From positions 5,270,001-5,334,000 of the forward strand of contig OX597822.1 in the NCBI GenBank assembly GCA_951406725.2: a DNA stretch of 64,000 nt, read 5' to 3'. Positions 14,608 to 27,831 of the stretch are shown here, piece after piece (the first letter of the stretch is position 1; each line of letters opens with the position of its first letter). Below the pieces are notes generated by a model. The model was given only the letters and a program-made list of their open reading frames with translations, was not told where the DNA came from and did not search any database. The stretch is from Octopus vulgaris. Its lineage: Eukaryota. The translations under genes and the position numbers were made by a program.

Positions 14608-14642
14608 ACACATACACACATATATATATATAACTATATATA

Positions 14643-14683
<41 letters not shown>

Positions 14684-14907
14684 AGAGAGAGAGAGAGAGA
14701 GAGAGAGAAATAATACATTTCTAAATCTCTCAGGAATGATTTATACAGTAGCAGCATGATAAAGTGATGGCATGTTGTCAACTTAATGTGACAGTCCCAT
14801 GAAAGGGTAGAATGTTACTGCTATTTAGCCCTAGGAAACACCGTTTCTGTTGGCCTTGACACACTTCATGTTTCCTTATGTTTTCAAAGGAGAGATAAGC
14901 ACCTTCA

Positions 14908-14950
14908 TCCAGAGACTAGTTTCAGAGTCATTGCTCATCATCAGTCTGGA
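14908..14950 (-). ncRNA. Minimal type-I hammerhead ribozyme motif (Penelope-like type)
   Basis: TCCAGA-CTGATGA-T-GAG-CAATGA-CTC-T-GAAA-CTAG-TC-TCTGGA: perfect 6-bp stem I, 3-bp stem II, palindromic stem III ACTAGT and a GUC cleavage triplet. Confidence 0.75.
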
Positions 14951-15000
14951 GCAGCATGGCTTGCAAGCTGTTGATGCCTATATATACATACATATATAAG

Positions 15001-15608
15001 ATATTTTATAATTTTATACATAATTATAACAAGGGGTTGGCTTTCTGCCTCACCACATACTGTAACAAATAGATGTTAAAGTCCTTTTTACTACCTTAAA
15101 ATATCTGAGAATAACACACTTTATTTTACCCTTTATTATTAATAAAGGGAATAATACACTGATTTTACCCTTTATTATTAAAATAATATTTGAATAAATT
15201 CACTCCATGATTGAAACTGCATTTACAGTGGTCTAGAACCTAATACACATGTGGGTATAAAAGAAATACATGAATTATATTCGGCAGTATATTTTTACAA
15301 GTGTGGAAAGATATTGGACATATGATGATGCTGACCGCATGCATATTTTGAAATACTCGTGAACTTATACGAAATACTATGCTGAGGAGAAACAGTAAGT
15401 AAAATTAGTTTTTACTTTAAGTTTGAAATGCATCCATAGTTAATCAGCCTCATTGATTCATTATTTTTCTTTTGCTTGCCTACAATAAAGTGTGTTATTC
15501 TCAGAGATTTTAAGGTAGTGAAAAGGCCTTTAGCATTTATTTCTTATGGTGTATGGTGAGGCATAAAGCCAATCCCTTGTTATAATTATGTATATGAGTA
15601 TAAAATAT
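15001..15608. mobile_element. Foldback/MITE-like element with ~125 bp inverted arms
   Basis: 15001-15125 is the reverse complement, with mismatches, of 15484-15608 (e.g. CTGAGAATAACACACTTTATT / AATAAAGTGTGTTATTCTCAG). TA runs lie nearby on both sides. Confidence 0.8.
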
Positions 15609-15686
15609 TTTGTAAAATTCACCTACAAGGTTTTTATTTCTGCATTGGCTACCTGTATAATTATTATTGATTTTACTCTTTATTAT

Positions 15687-15739
<53 letters not shown>

Positions 15740-16499
15740 GAATTAGGCAACTCAAACAGTGATAGATATAAACTAATACATAAATAACAAATAATATAAA
15801 TACTCCCTAATATCATTATTATATATATATATATATAACAACACACACACATACACAAACTTCATCATTTAATTGTTTAATCCACTGACACAGGTCTGCT
15901 TCCTAAGAACATGCCTATGATCAAAGACATTCCAGACATGACCATCTTGTGCTTTTTTTTTGTCAAGCGTATTATAACTCAGACTATATTAGCCAATACA
16001 TCTTTTTTCTTAAAATGATAAGGTGAGACTTGAGTCAGATATAGCTGCTACTTCTAGCAGATAAAATAAAGACAGATGCCCCTTCAATGATACCAGAATT
16101 TGGGATGAGTATTGGTGATTAATTACATTTCCTGCTATTACTTGTTATTTTGATGTTGTTCATAAGAAGAGGGACAGTGGTTCATAGTTGCCACTTTTGC
16201 AATGTATCTGAAGCCAGATTTCTAGCAGGGACTGCTTTCATATATGTCACAGATGGTGTTGTTGGGGGTATTTTCTTAGCAATATCATGTTCTTTTTGTT
16301 TGTTTCTTGTTTTTTTTTTTTTAAAGGCCAAGGAGTTACCACAATATCCAATCAAATACTTCATAATAAACTTTAAAAAAATAAAACAAAGAAAAAGATA
16401 TCAATCTTCCTTTTGTTATGAACGTTGCCACTCAATAGACAACAACTTTCCACTGAACTCCCCACACAATCACTTCTATATAATTATAACTATACTTAC

Positions 16500-16589
16500 T
16501 TTTGCTTTCATGTAACAGCAATTCGGAGAAATGCCAGCAAGTCAGGTTTACAGTAAAATCCAACAGTGTTAATTTTGGAACGGCTGAAT
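16500..16589 (-). CDS. Putative internal exon, 90 nt (phase 1: SAVPKLTLLDFTVNLTCWHFSELLLHESK)
   Basis: Strong acceptor (long polypyrimidine tract ...tttctttctttgtcag|) and canonical donor |gtaagt. The length is a multiple of 3 and one frame is fully open. Exon status is likely; coding status is uncertain. Confidence 0.55.
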
Positions 16590-18192
16590 CTGACAAAGAA
16601 AGAAAAATAAAAAAAAACAATAATAATAAAAAATTGAATATATAAAGATTTTTATTTGTTATAAGGTACAATTCTGATTTTGTTATAAAATTGCTTGTCT
16701 AGTCATTTTATTGCACTAAACTCAATATAGTATTAATTATCTAGTTATTTTATTAAAACTTGTTTTATGGATGAAAAAAGAATTTAAATAATTGAATGAT
16801 AAAATTTGTACTCAAAGTATGATGTGCCATAATTGGATACCATACAGATTTTGTCTGGCTCACTACCATCAGAATCTATTTCTAATATTTTATTTAAACT
16901 ATTGATAATACCAAATAGTATGAAACCATTTTCTCTTTAGTGTAAAAGATTTTCAATATATAATTAATCAGTATTAAACCCCTTAGTAGATGAAGTCTAT
17001 TCATGATTCAATGCAAAAGAAGACAGATGTAGGGAATATGGAATAAATACAAAAGAAAAATTGGAGTTAATATTGAAAATTTTGTTAAAAATATATCTGA
17101 ATCTCAATAGACTAAATATATTTATCTTATAATTTGACACAAAGGTCCTTCTTTGAGAGGAAAAGGAAAATATGAAATAATGATGCCTACGATGATAACA
17201 AAGACATAAAGAGCATCAGTACAATGATTGTTAGTGAATACTAAAGTGAACTTGCAATCTTTAGATTAACCTTTGCTGCCAGAGTCATGAGAGAAGAGAG
17301 GGAACAAGGACTCAGACGAGGGAGCTTCAGGTCAGTAAAAGTATGCCTAATAAACATGTAACTTTTCATTAAATACTTCTCACACACAGACATGTGCACA
17401 CAAGCACACCACATTATCTTCATCATAACCATCATTTTATATCCACTTTCCATATTGGCATAGGCTACATGGTTCAACGGTATTTGACAGATTGGAGAAC
17501 TGTATCTTGTTACAGTGCTTCAGCTTTGGCAAGTTTTCTACAGCTACATGGCCCTTCTAACACCAATTACTTTACAGAGTTTACTGGATGCATTATTTTT
17601 TTGGCACTATAACTACAAAAGTCTGCCTTTCTCTCAGTGAGCTTAAGGAGTTCTGTCAATATAGTGGGAGACAGAGATCTCATCAAATAAATTTGTGAGC
17701 AGCACTCTAACACTAAGTATCCTCTAGTTCCAGTTTCAGTTCAAACCCTGGTCTAAATATTGCATTGTGTCCATTACACAATGCATATTATTTTCTTTGA
17801 ACTGCCTTGCTGAGAAAGTTGGTTACATTCCTACATCAAAAATTTAGGTAGCATTATTAAAAACATCCAACAGCAAGTAAACAATATATATGCAAACATT
17901 GAAAACTTGAGTATTCCTAAGCATGTCTGTTAACAAGTGCAACTCTGTGTGTGTGCCTGCATGCTTGCACATGAGCAATCATTGAAAAAAAATATTCATC
18001 TCTATAATTCATGTGTAGAATTGAAGTTTACGGTACTTCCATGACCTGCTTTTGAAAACCAAAAATTCAACTTTTCAAACTCCAAACTAACAAGCCAATT
18101 TTATCCAGGATCCAAGAAAAATCCACTATCAATCAGTAATTCCCTAGAACCATGTTCTCTTCACAGAAAGTACATATACAGATACCACAAGG

Positions 18193-18230
<38 letters not shown>

Positions 18231-18704
18231 ACACCTTGTTTGGTTAAACATAAACAGAACTCTACTTATCTCAATGTAACTAAATGTAAAAAGTAGAATC
18301 CATTCCTATGAAGCCACAACAGACATCAACATGGAATAAATATTTCCAAAAATACATGCAAGTATTTTCTTTCTCAAAAATACCCATCTTGCTCTACCAC
18401 TTAAATATAGATGCAAAATCTTACCAAAATAAGTAATGAAATTCATTTTTAAATTGAATACATGAAAATATATAACATCAAAACTATGATTCATGGAATA
18501 CAACAAAAATTATATGTACGTACGTGCATACACGAATACATACATATATACATAAATACATACATACATACATATGGTACATACATACATAGATACATAC
18601 ATACATATGGTATGCATGTATGAAGTTTTTGAAAGACTGACAATTAAAATAAGTTCTGTGCGTATGAATGCATTCTTTTGGCCATACATCTTTATGTGAA
18701 TGTA

Positions 18705-18762
<58 letters not shown>

Positions 18763-19125
18763 TACTCACACCCTGAGAGAGGAGGTGCATGGCTTTGTGG
18801 AAATGGTATTGGACTTTTGAACATAAGGCTATGGTTTCAATTCCTGAAGGGGCAATGTGTTGTGCTCTGAGGAAAAAAACTTCACATTGCTCTGTCTATT
18901 CAGCTTGACAAAAATGAGTAATCTTGCAATGGACTGGTATCCTGTATAATGAAAGCAGTTCCATGTCAGTTTAATATGACATTTTTCCCAAAACCACACA
19001 CACACACAAAAGAAAAGTCCTTTTAGTCTCAAACCTCAAAAAGGTATAGAATAAAACCTTTTCCATACAAAAGATTCAAAGCAACATGTGAATCCTTACT
19101 TTTCCATATTCACATACGTTTATAT

Positions 19126-19634
19126 CTTTTACTTGTTTGAGTCATTAGACTGCGGCCATGCTGGGGCACCATCTCGAATCTTCAGTTGATCAATCGACCA
19201 AGTACTTATTTTTTAATTCTGGTAATTATTCTATTAGTCCCTTTTACCGAACTGCTAAGTTACAGGGATGTGAACACGCCAACACTGGTTTGTCAAGTGG
19301 TGATGGGGGACAAATACAGATACAAAGACACACACACACACACACGTCCGAACGTAGCAGATACTTGCGCCGCCTGACTGGCGTCCGTGTCGGTGACACG
19401 TAAAAGCACCAACCGATTGTGGCAGTTTGCCAGCCTGCTCTGGCCCCTGTGCTGGTGGCACGTAAAAAACACCCACTACACTCACGGAGTGGTTGGCATT
19501 AGGAAGGGCATCCAGCTGTAGAAACACTGCCAAATCAGACTAGAGCCTGGTGCAGCCTCCTTGGCTTACTAGACCCCGGTCGAACCATCCAACCCATGCT
19601 AGCATGGAAAACGGACGTTAAATGATGATGATGA

Positions 19635-19678
<44 letters not shown>

Positions 19679-19822
19679 GATGGGCTTCTTTTTCAGTTTC
19701 TGTCCACTAGATCCACTCACAAGGCTCTCTGGTTGGCCTGAGGCTATACTAGAAGACACTTGCCCAAGGTGCCATGCAGTGGGACTGAACCAAGAACCAT
19801 GTGGTTGGGAAGTAAGCTTTGA
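19126..19822 (-). mobile_element. Family A SINE split by a nested RTE-tail insertion
   Basis: 3' half at 19126-19345 and 5' half at ~19665-19822, both in minus orientation. Confidence 0.8.
19346..19638 (+). mobile_element. RTE LINE 3' tail (family B), CpG-rich copy
   Basis: GGAAGGGCATCCAGCTGTAGAAAC...CCATGCTAGCATGGAAAACGGACGTTAAA(TGA)n. Confidence 0.85.
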
Positions 19823-19919
19823 CAAATTCACCTTAAGAGTATATATACCAATATAATTTCATTTGAACTGATATAAAAACATTTATTCTGTGAAAATGTA
19901 TCATTATATATACACATAG

Positions 19920-19980
<61 letters not shown>

Positions 19981-21066
19981 CATACATATTGGGTGTATTT
20001 GTTTATGCAATTTCTTTAAAAAGAAACACGCAAAAATCGATGGGTATAAAGAAATAAGGAAGTAAATCTTCCTAAATTACAGGAACATAAATAAATGTGT
20101 GTGTATGTGTGTGTGAGCACGTGTGTCTGAGGTAGAAAGTATTTGTGTATACATGTAGGCACATACACATACAGTTCAGTTTTAAGACATTGTTATAGTG
20201 TGGAATATGAAGTTAAATAATAAATACATAAAATACAAAGAAATAACAAGTCGTAAGATCATACATAAAATTTAAACTACTTTTATTTCAGTAGGAAAGA
20301 AACTTTCATAAATACACTTTTATCCAATGAAATTAAATGAAAATATGAGTGTGTGTGTGTGTGTGTATACATACACATATGTACATCTACTAATATAGGT
20401 GCACACACAAGTGCATGCATACACACAACAGGTGTGGACACTTTAAAAAGTTTACCAGAAGGCATGGCGTGTTACCAAAATGTTTAGGTGTGGTGAAAAT
20501 GTTCCACACTCCACTCCTATGTTTAATGTGATTCAATAATAACCACCATAATACCATGGAGGCAACTAGGCAGAATCCAAATGACCATACAATAACAAAT
20601 AAACACAGAAAATGTAACCAGTAGTCTAACTGTCTGTCGTGGTATGGTTTCTACAGCTGGATGCCCTTCGTAACACCAACCATTAAACAGAATGTGCTGG
20701 GTGCCTTTTATGTGCAATCAGCATGGGTGCATCAATGCAGCACCAGCATGAGTGCTTTTTAAATGGCACCAGCACCAGAAGGTGCAAGCATCAAACACAC
20801 ACAGAGAGTAATAATGACAGTAATCCTAGGATGATTCCATCCAAGGATTATTGTTATTATTACTATATTTATCATACATTATATTGGTACAATTCTGTGC
20901 AACCCCAAAAAACTGTTTCACCAGTCAATATCATTAGATTTTAGCCAGGAAGATGGAATAGGAGATTTATTGTATATTTAAAACGTTTCTTGTAAACAAA
21001 TTAAAAAAGACGGAGAGAGAGAGAGATAGATAGATAGAGAGAGAGAGAAAGAGGGAGAGAGAGAGA

Positions 21067-21108
<42 letters not shown>

Positions 21109-21649
21109 TACACACATCTATATACATAGATGTGTACAAATGTATGTGAATATACAGAAACAGCCCAGTCAAGGGTGAAACCCAGAGAAAACTTTTGATA
21201 CAAGAAGCATGCTCAAGAATCCTGAGAACCCTAAGAAATCCACCACATTCTGGTTCTTCACCAATGAGAATGTCTTTGAAAGACATAGTTCTGATACCCA
21301 AAGTAATGCACACCAAGTTTACTTCAAATATTTATTGATTCACACATATGACTATTTCCTAGATGTGTTTCCCATGGCTGCTAGTTGATGCTGTTGACCT
21401 AAAGATTTTTCCACTATTAATTAATGATATTGCAGATTAAGAAATACCTTTGATATTAATTTCTGGCACCATTACTGTCAGTAAAAAGTATATTATTTCC
21501 AATATGTAACAATTTTTTGGCAAAATGACTAGATAGATCATCTTCAAAAAGATTGGCTCCCAGGTTTAGCAAACAGTTTGAAGATTTCAAATTTGGTCTA
21601 ACATTGAATTTCATTAACTTTTGTTCTTTTTGGAGTAAGTTGGCAGGGT

Positions 21650-22050
21650 CTGACTATGACATTGGTACTTTTCCCATATGACAGAGTACCAAGTTCTGCA
21701 ATGTCCTGTCCAGAGCCTCTAAGATGCCAGTATGCATTCATACCAGACAATCCTTTGATAGGTTGTCAGGTTACAAGGTTGGCAATGATACAAAACAGGT
21801 GGTTTCATTTATGCCTGATCCAAATACAGTTAGAAAGCAGAAAAATACCATACAGTTACCAGGCAGAAGTGTGGTAGCAATACCTAAAAAAGAACTGAAA
21901 GCGTTATGGTTTTATGTTGGCCAAATTTGGCATGCAACAGACTATTTAGGAATGTCTTTCTAGTTCCTGGTATATCAAAGAAACATTTTCCAGCTTATTG
22001 CCAAACCCAGTGGAAAATAGCAGAATGCTTTGCCATCTGGCCCACAATGA
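21650..22050 (+). pseudogene. Possible highly degenerate non-LTR reverse transcriptase fragment
   Basis: Peptide VVAIPKK...DYLGMSF resembles the LINE ORF2 motif IVPIPKKG...NYRGISL. Confidence 0.3.
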
Positions 22051-22334
22051 GTTTGAGTTTATCGTCAATGACATAAGCTATTAATGTGTCAACATGTTAA
22101 CTAATGTTTCAATATTTTATTGTTTCAATTTCTAAACTAGTGAAATCAGTGAGGTTAGGTTGAGGGAAGCTGTATCTTTGAAGTCTTGAACATTTATATC
22201 TTTGATGCTTCTTAAGGCAAGGCCTGAAGCAGATTGGATAATTCACAGAATTTTAAAAACTGTGTGTGTGTACATGTGTGTGTGCGTGCATAAATATATA
22301 TGTGTGTGTGCTGGCATGGCTATGTGGAAGCACA

Positions 22335-22650
22335 GAGGCTGTGTGGTAAGATGTTTGCTTCCCAGCCACATAGTTCTGGGTTCAGCCCCACTGCATGCCA
22401 CTTTGGGCAAGTGTCTTCTACAATAACCTCAAGAAGACCAAAGCCTTGTGAGTGGATTTGGTAGACGGACACTAAAAGGAACCTGTTTTGTGCGCATGTG
22501 TGTGTGTTTATGTCTTTGTAATTTACTAGTTTGGCAAAAGAGACTTGAAAACAATAAGTACTGGGGTTGATACGTTCAACTAAAATTCTTCAAGGCAGAG
22601 CCCCAGCATGGCCACAGTCTGATGACTGAAACAAGTAGAAGATGAAAAAA
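22335..22650 (+). mobile_element. Family A SINE, diverged
   Basis: Shares head, core and tail motifs with the 9255 copy. Confidence 0.85.
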
Positions 22651-23504
22651 TAGAGGTAATTATGTATGTATGTGCATATGTATGCATGTATGTATGTATG
22701 TATGTATGTATGTATGTATGTATGTATGTACATGTGTGAGTGTGTGTGTGTGTGTATGTGTGTGTGTGTGTAATAACAAGCTCTTAGACAAATGGATAAA
22801 ACAAAATGGAAAGCACCCAGTGAACTAGAAATTGGTCTATTAGATACCTGTATCTTTGAAAACTATTGTTCATAGATGGTAATATGCATATATAAAAAAA
22901 AGTCCTTGTCTAAACAAGAAACCATAAATGAAATGTAAACCATGAATGTATTTAGCATAAAGTAATGAGGTGAGATATGAAAACATTGTCTTCTACAAGA
23001 TGGTGGAGAGAGGGAGAGAGATAGATAGATAGATAAAGAGAGAGAGAGAGAGAGACTTATGAAGGAATATGGTATTACAGACCTGTATCACCTACACCAG
23101 TATGAAAATCAAAAACCAATGATTACTTTGTTAAATACTGGATTTGAGTCACTGAGTATATTTCACTTCCATCACTATTGGGAATGAACATATTTTACAT
23201 TGTCAAAGTTAAGATAAAAATGTTATATAGGCAGTAGCAGGTAAAATCATTTGCTTTGACTTTCTTTTCTTTTCTTTTTATACCTGAATTTAAAAGATAT
23301 CTTACCAAGAAATAATCTGGATTTTTTTTCCTTTTCCTTTTTTTTTTTTTGGTTTTTGTTTATTTATATTTATTAATTTATGTAGCTGTTGTCTTTTTGT
23401 TCATATCTGTTAACAAGTAGGCTATGAAAAAATAATGGACTATTATCTTATTCTGATAAACAATAGAAACACAAGAGTTATGGCACCTGCACAATTGGAG
23501 AGGC

Positions 23505-23611
23505 GGAGAGATAGAAGGAAGAGAAGGAAAAGAAATAAGCTGAAGAAACAGAGGAGAAGGAGGAGGAGGAGGAGCAGAAGAAAATAATGATGGCGATTAA
23601 GACAATGATAG

Positions 23612-23646
<35 letters not shown>

Positions 23647-23650
23647 GTGG

Positions 23651-23688
<38 letters not shown>

Positions 23689-23700
23689 GTGGGGATGAAC
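23505..23700. repeat. GA-rich tract plus (GAT)n microsatellite
   Basis: Directly visible; source of the poly-H and poly-I ORFs. Confidence 0.9.
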
Positions 23701-25234
23701 ATTTTTGTAACAGATCGAAGATAACAGAAGCTCTTGTAGAAAACTTGAAATCAATTTGTCAAGTGTTTGCAAGAAGAAGCAGTTTATCAGCTAAACAAAA
23801 GATTAGCCGACTACATCAACTACAACAACAGGAACAAGAGCAATGATAACTGCTACAACAACAACAGCAGTAGCAGCATTTTACTGAAAGTAAGCAGAGT
23901 AACGTGAGAAGAAAAATAGATGAAGGATGATAAAATAATGTAGAACTAAAAGAGATGTTAGGAAACAGTTTGGAAAGTGTCAATGGAAGTGAGTGAAAGA
24001 AAGTGACAAAAAGTTTGGATGTGTATTCCTACTATTTTATCTCCAACAGTAAAGAAGTTAGCAGGAAGAGACAGGAGGAGAAAAAAAAAGGGGGATTATC
24101 CCCATCTGTGAAGAAACCCATAGTCACTGTCAGATGATATTAAACTTTTCAATTCTCACAAACTTTTGTGCAACAAATGTAACAAGTCCTCTCTTTCCAA
24201 GAGACAACTGCACCTAGTACAACTAAATCCAGCGCAGCTTGCCAAAGACGGCACAGCGAAACAAACAGAGTAAGACCTGAAGTCACAGTGCCTCGACCTC
24301 AAGCATATGAAGACCAGCAACATGGATTGGAACGCATGGAATAGCATCATCACCAGAGTCTGTCCTGCAGCAGCATTCACAGCAGTGTATTGGTTGAGAG
24401 AACAGCCTCCCCCTCTGGTTGCCAACTAGGGACTTTACTTACTTACATCCATCTTCCACCCCACCCCCCACACACACATAAGGTTGTGAAATGAGTTTTT
24501 TTAACCATGTAGTTATTCCTGAGAACACAGCAATAACTCCATAGTTAAAAAACTTGTTTCACAACCACATGGTATCCTACTTAGTGTTACCTTGGATGTC
24601 TTCTACAATAACCTTAAGTTGACCAATACTGTATGAATGGAATTTAGTTTGAGGAAACTGAAGAAACAAGTTGTGTATGAATTATATATATCTAAGTGGA
24701 TTATCTACTGTTCTAACAACAAAGATTCAGCAGTTTGATTAACTGAATTGTCTTTTCATCGAATTTATTAGAGTAAGCAGCTATGCATTCCATAAGCATG
24801 TGTACCAAGTGTAATCCTAAGATAGAATCACCGTGACAGAGCACAGGGCAAAACTGTGACTGAGTGGAAGGAACAATCAATCCAACAGGTTTCTGCACAG
24901 CTTCTGTCTTCACAGTCCAATCACAAGGTGTTGGTTGACTTAAAGCAATATTAAAGATACTTGCCCAAGAAACCATGCAGTGAGATTGAACTTGGGACCT
25001 TGTGACTGTGAAGTGATCTTCTTAACCCACTGGCTATGCTGCAACTGGGTAGCATAATATTTCTTCTTACTCAACCCACACTGCTATCTTACTTCTCTCT
25101 CTCTCTCTCTCTTTGTGTATACATATATAAATATATGTATTTATAATGTAGTGTCCCATGATAGAATGACCAACGAAAAGTACTTCATCTGGTGAGAGAT
25201 AAATATCTATTTAAGGATCACAATACATGTCTTT

Positions 25235-25290
25235 AAAGTCTACTAATAGTTTCATGTTGAGAAATCTCTCAAACATAATCATCAGGCACA
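25235..25290 (-). ncRNA. Degenerate hammerhead-like motif
   Basis: CTGATGA-TT-ATGTTTGAGAGATTTCTCAACAT-GAAA-CTATTAG-TA: long stem II and near-palindromic stem III; stem I is poorly paired. Confidence 0.5.
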
Positions 25291-26719
25291 AACCACATAT
25301 AATGAACTAAAGATCCCAATGCTACTAGATATAAACACCCTGATGCTACTTTTCACTTTCCCCTCTTTTTACCAACTTCACCAACACTTTTTCTACCCCC
25401 TCTCAACAATACACCTATGTAACTTGAAGAACTACTGTCCTGAGCCCTAACAAACTGTGTAACCTATGTTGTGACAGTAAACTGACTGATCCATATCTTC
25501 CATAGGTCCACATACTCAAACCACCTCATTACCATTACCACTTTGTTCTCACTCTCCTTCACACTAATCAATGGCATTATTCTTTCCTTTCCCCTTTTCC
25601 AGTCTCTTTCACTCCCACTCCAACAATATTCCTTCCATTACTATCCTCTCTCAATAAATCTGTTCCACCACAGAGCACCCTCTTTTGCTTTGTACATTGC
25701 TAGGAGTCCCCAAAGTACTGCTACCACAAAAAAATCTCCCAGGACACTCGGTAAGTGATTGGTAATCAATTTGAGTAATGAAATCTCAGGTCTTGAAAAG
25801 GTTCCTTAGTTTTTCTAATGACAAGACAACCTCTATACTGCTGGTGCCAGCAACATTGCACCGAGTAAACTCTGTAAAGTGGCTGGTGATAAAATAAGTA
25901 TCCAGCCAGTAGAAATGAGATATTTGAGCAAAACATGGTCCTCCGTCCTGTTGCATCTCGTAAAATCATCAAACCCATGTCAGCATGGAAACCAGATTTA
26001 AAATGATGACAATAATGAAGTTTATGCTGTTGATGATGATGATGTGCATGGGTACATATGTGCATACCAGTATAAATTGGTGCAATGAATTTTGTTCCTT
26101 TACAATAAGGCTTTTGATAAGTAGATGGTTAAAATAAAACTAAGATCACAGTCACAATGGCTAATGCAATCAAACACACACACATGCACAAAAACAAATC
26201 ATTTGTGCTATTTGGAATATCTTTTAGTCATAGGTCTATTTGATCAAAACTGACCTGGGCCTAAACAACAACAGAATTCCATAATCTGCCATGAATACTC
26301 ATGGCTATGGAAAATGACAAAAATATATTTACTTCTTAATGGGTCAGTCAAGTTACTAATCAATAGGTATCACAAAGTTGTATAGTTCTAATCTTTAAGT
26401 AGTAAGAACATAAACTTAGGAAAGGATCCATTAGCTTGTAGTTCTGGATTTGATTTTTCTCACATATAAAAACCTCAAGCCTTGCTTGAGGTAAAACTGA
26501 AGGAAAATATTTACACAGATTATGCTGATCACACTTAACTCACTGCAGGTAAACGATATTTTAAAGCCATGTATACACTGCTTAGCACCAACCATTACAT
26601 TTTCAATAAATTTTCATTCCTCTGTTTATATACGGTATGTGTAACTGTGTGTGTACTTTGAACTCAAATATCCATTGAAGCAATTATTCCATTGCAACAT
26701 GAATATCAATAAAAAAAAT

Positions 26720-27280
26720 TATATTTATGAGTAAATGTATAAAGCAGTGACTGAGAGAAAACAAACTTGATACTAGTTCCAATATGTTTGAGAGATATCT
26801 GAACCTGTAAAAGGCTTTTCACTGCAATATATCATGGAGAAAAAATTCTCACTTGAGCCAAAGAGATGCAAAATACCATAGTCAGCACAGAGCACCTCTC
26901 ACCCCACCCTAATGGACTGAGGGATATATATATTTCAAACTCTTAGTTCTCATTAGCACCAGATACCAAAAGAGAGGTAACTTAGAACTGACTAAGAAGT
27001 AGACTGTCACTTATAAAAATCAATCAAAACTATTGATTGATGGCACATATTGGTGCTAGGCTGAAATAAATTTCTGAGTAGATGCATGAAGTAGTAACCA
27101 AGAGTAAACAAACTTGACACCAATTCAAGCATGTATGAGAGATATTTGAAGTTATAGAAAGCTTTCCACTGCAGCTTTTCATGGAGAAAAGAAATTCTCA
27201 CTTGAGACAAAAAGGTGTAAAACATCATAGTCAGCTAAGCGCAACCCCTACTCGATACATGCATTTCAAACTCTTACACC
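26720..27280 (+). repeat. Diverged local direct duplication (~220 bp units about 350 bp apart)
   Basis: ACAAACTTGA..GAGAGATAT..CATGGAGAAAA..AATTCTCACTTGAG..CATAGTCAGC..ATTTCAAACTCTTA occurs twice in the same order. Confidence 0.8.
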
Positions 27281-27650
27281 ATTTTGTTTCAAGTAAGAAC
27301 ACTGGATGTGAAGCACACCCCTTATACTGTGGTGATACTCATTTGCAGTCATGTGGTATCAAGACAAGGAAACACAAATATGCACACGTGTACACACATA
27401 CACACATGTACATATATACATTCTGTCGATTATGATGATGAGGTTTCCAGTTAATCTGGTCAACAGAACAGCCTGCTCATAAAATTGATGTGCAAGCTAC
27501 TTAAAGTAGTTCTTGAGGATATAATATGTGACACAGAATGTTACAAGGCTGACCCTTTGAAATACAGGTCCTATTCATTAACTGACTGGACTAAAGCAAC
27601 AAGAAATAAAGGGTCGTACTCAAGGATACAAGTCCCCACATGTATACATT

Positions 27651-27713
<63 letters not shown>

Positions 27714-27798
27714 TCCGTCCAACCCATGCTAGCATGGAAAACGGATGCTAAACGATGATGATGATGATGATGATGATGATGATATAAAGCAAAAGCCC

Positions 27799-27831
<33 letters not shown>

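Noticed and set aside
23443-23772. Poly-histidine ORF
   Set aside because: (CAT)n microsatellite.
24156-24425. GC-richer stretch with an 89-aa minus ORF
   Set aside because: No splice signals; the plus strand vaguely resembles a decayed RTE C-terminus but is too weak to annotate.
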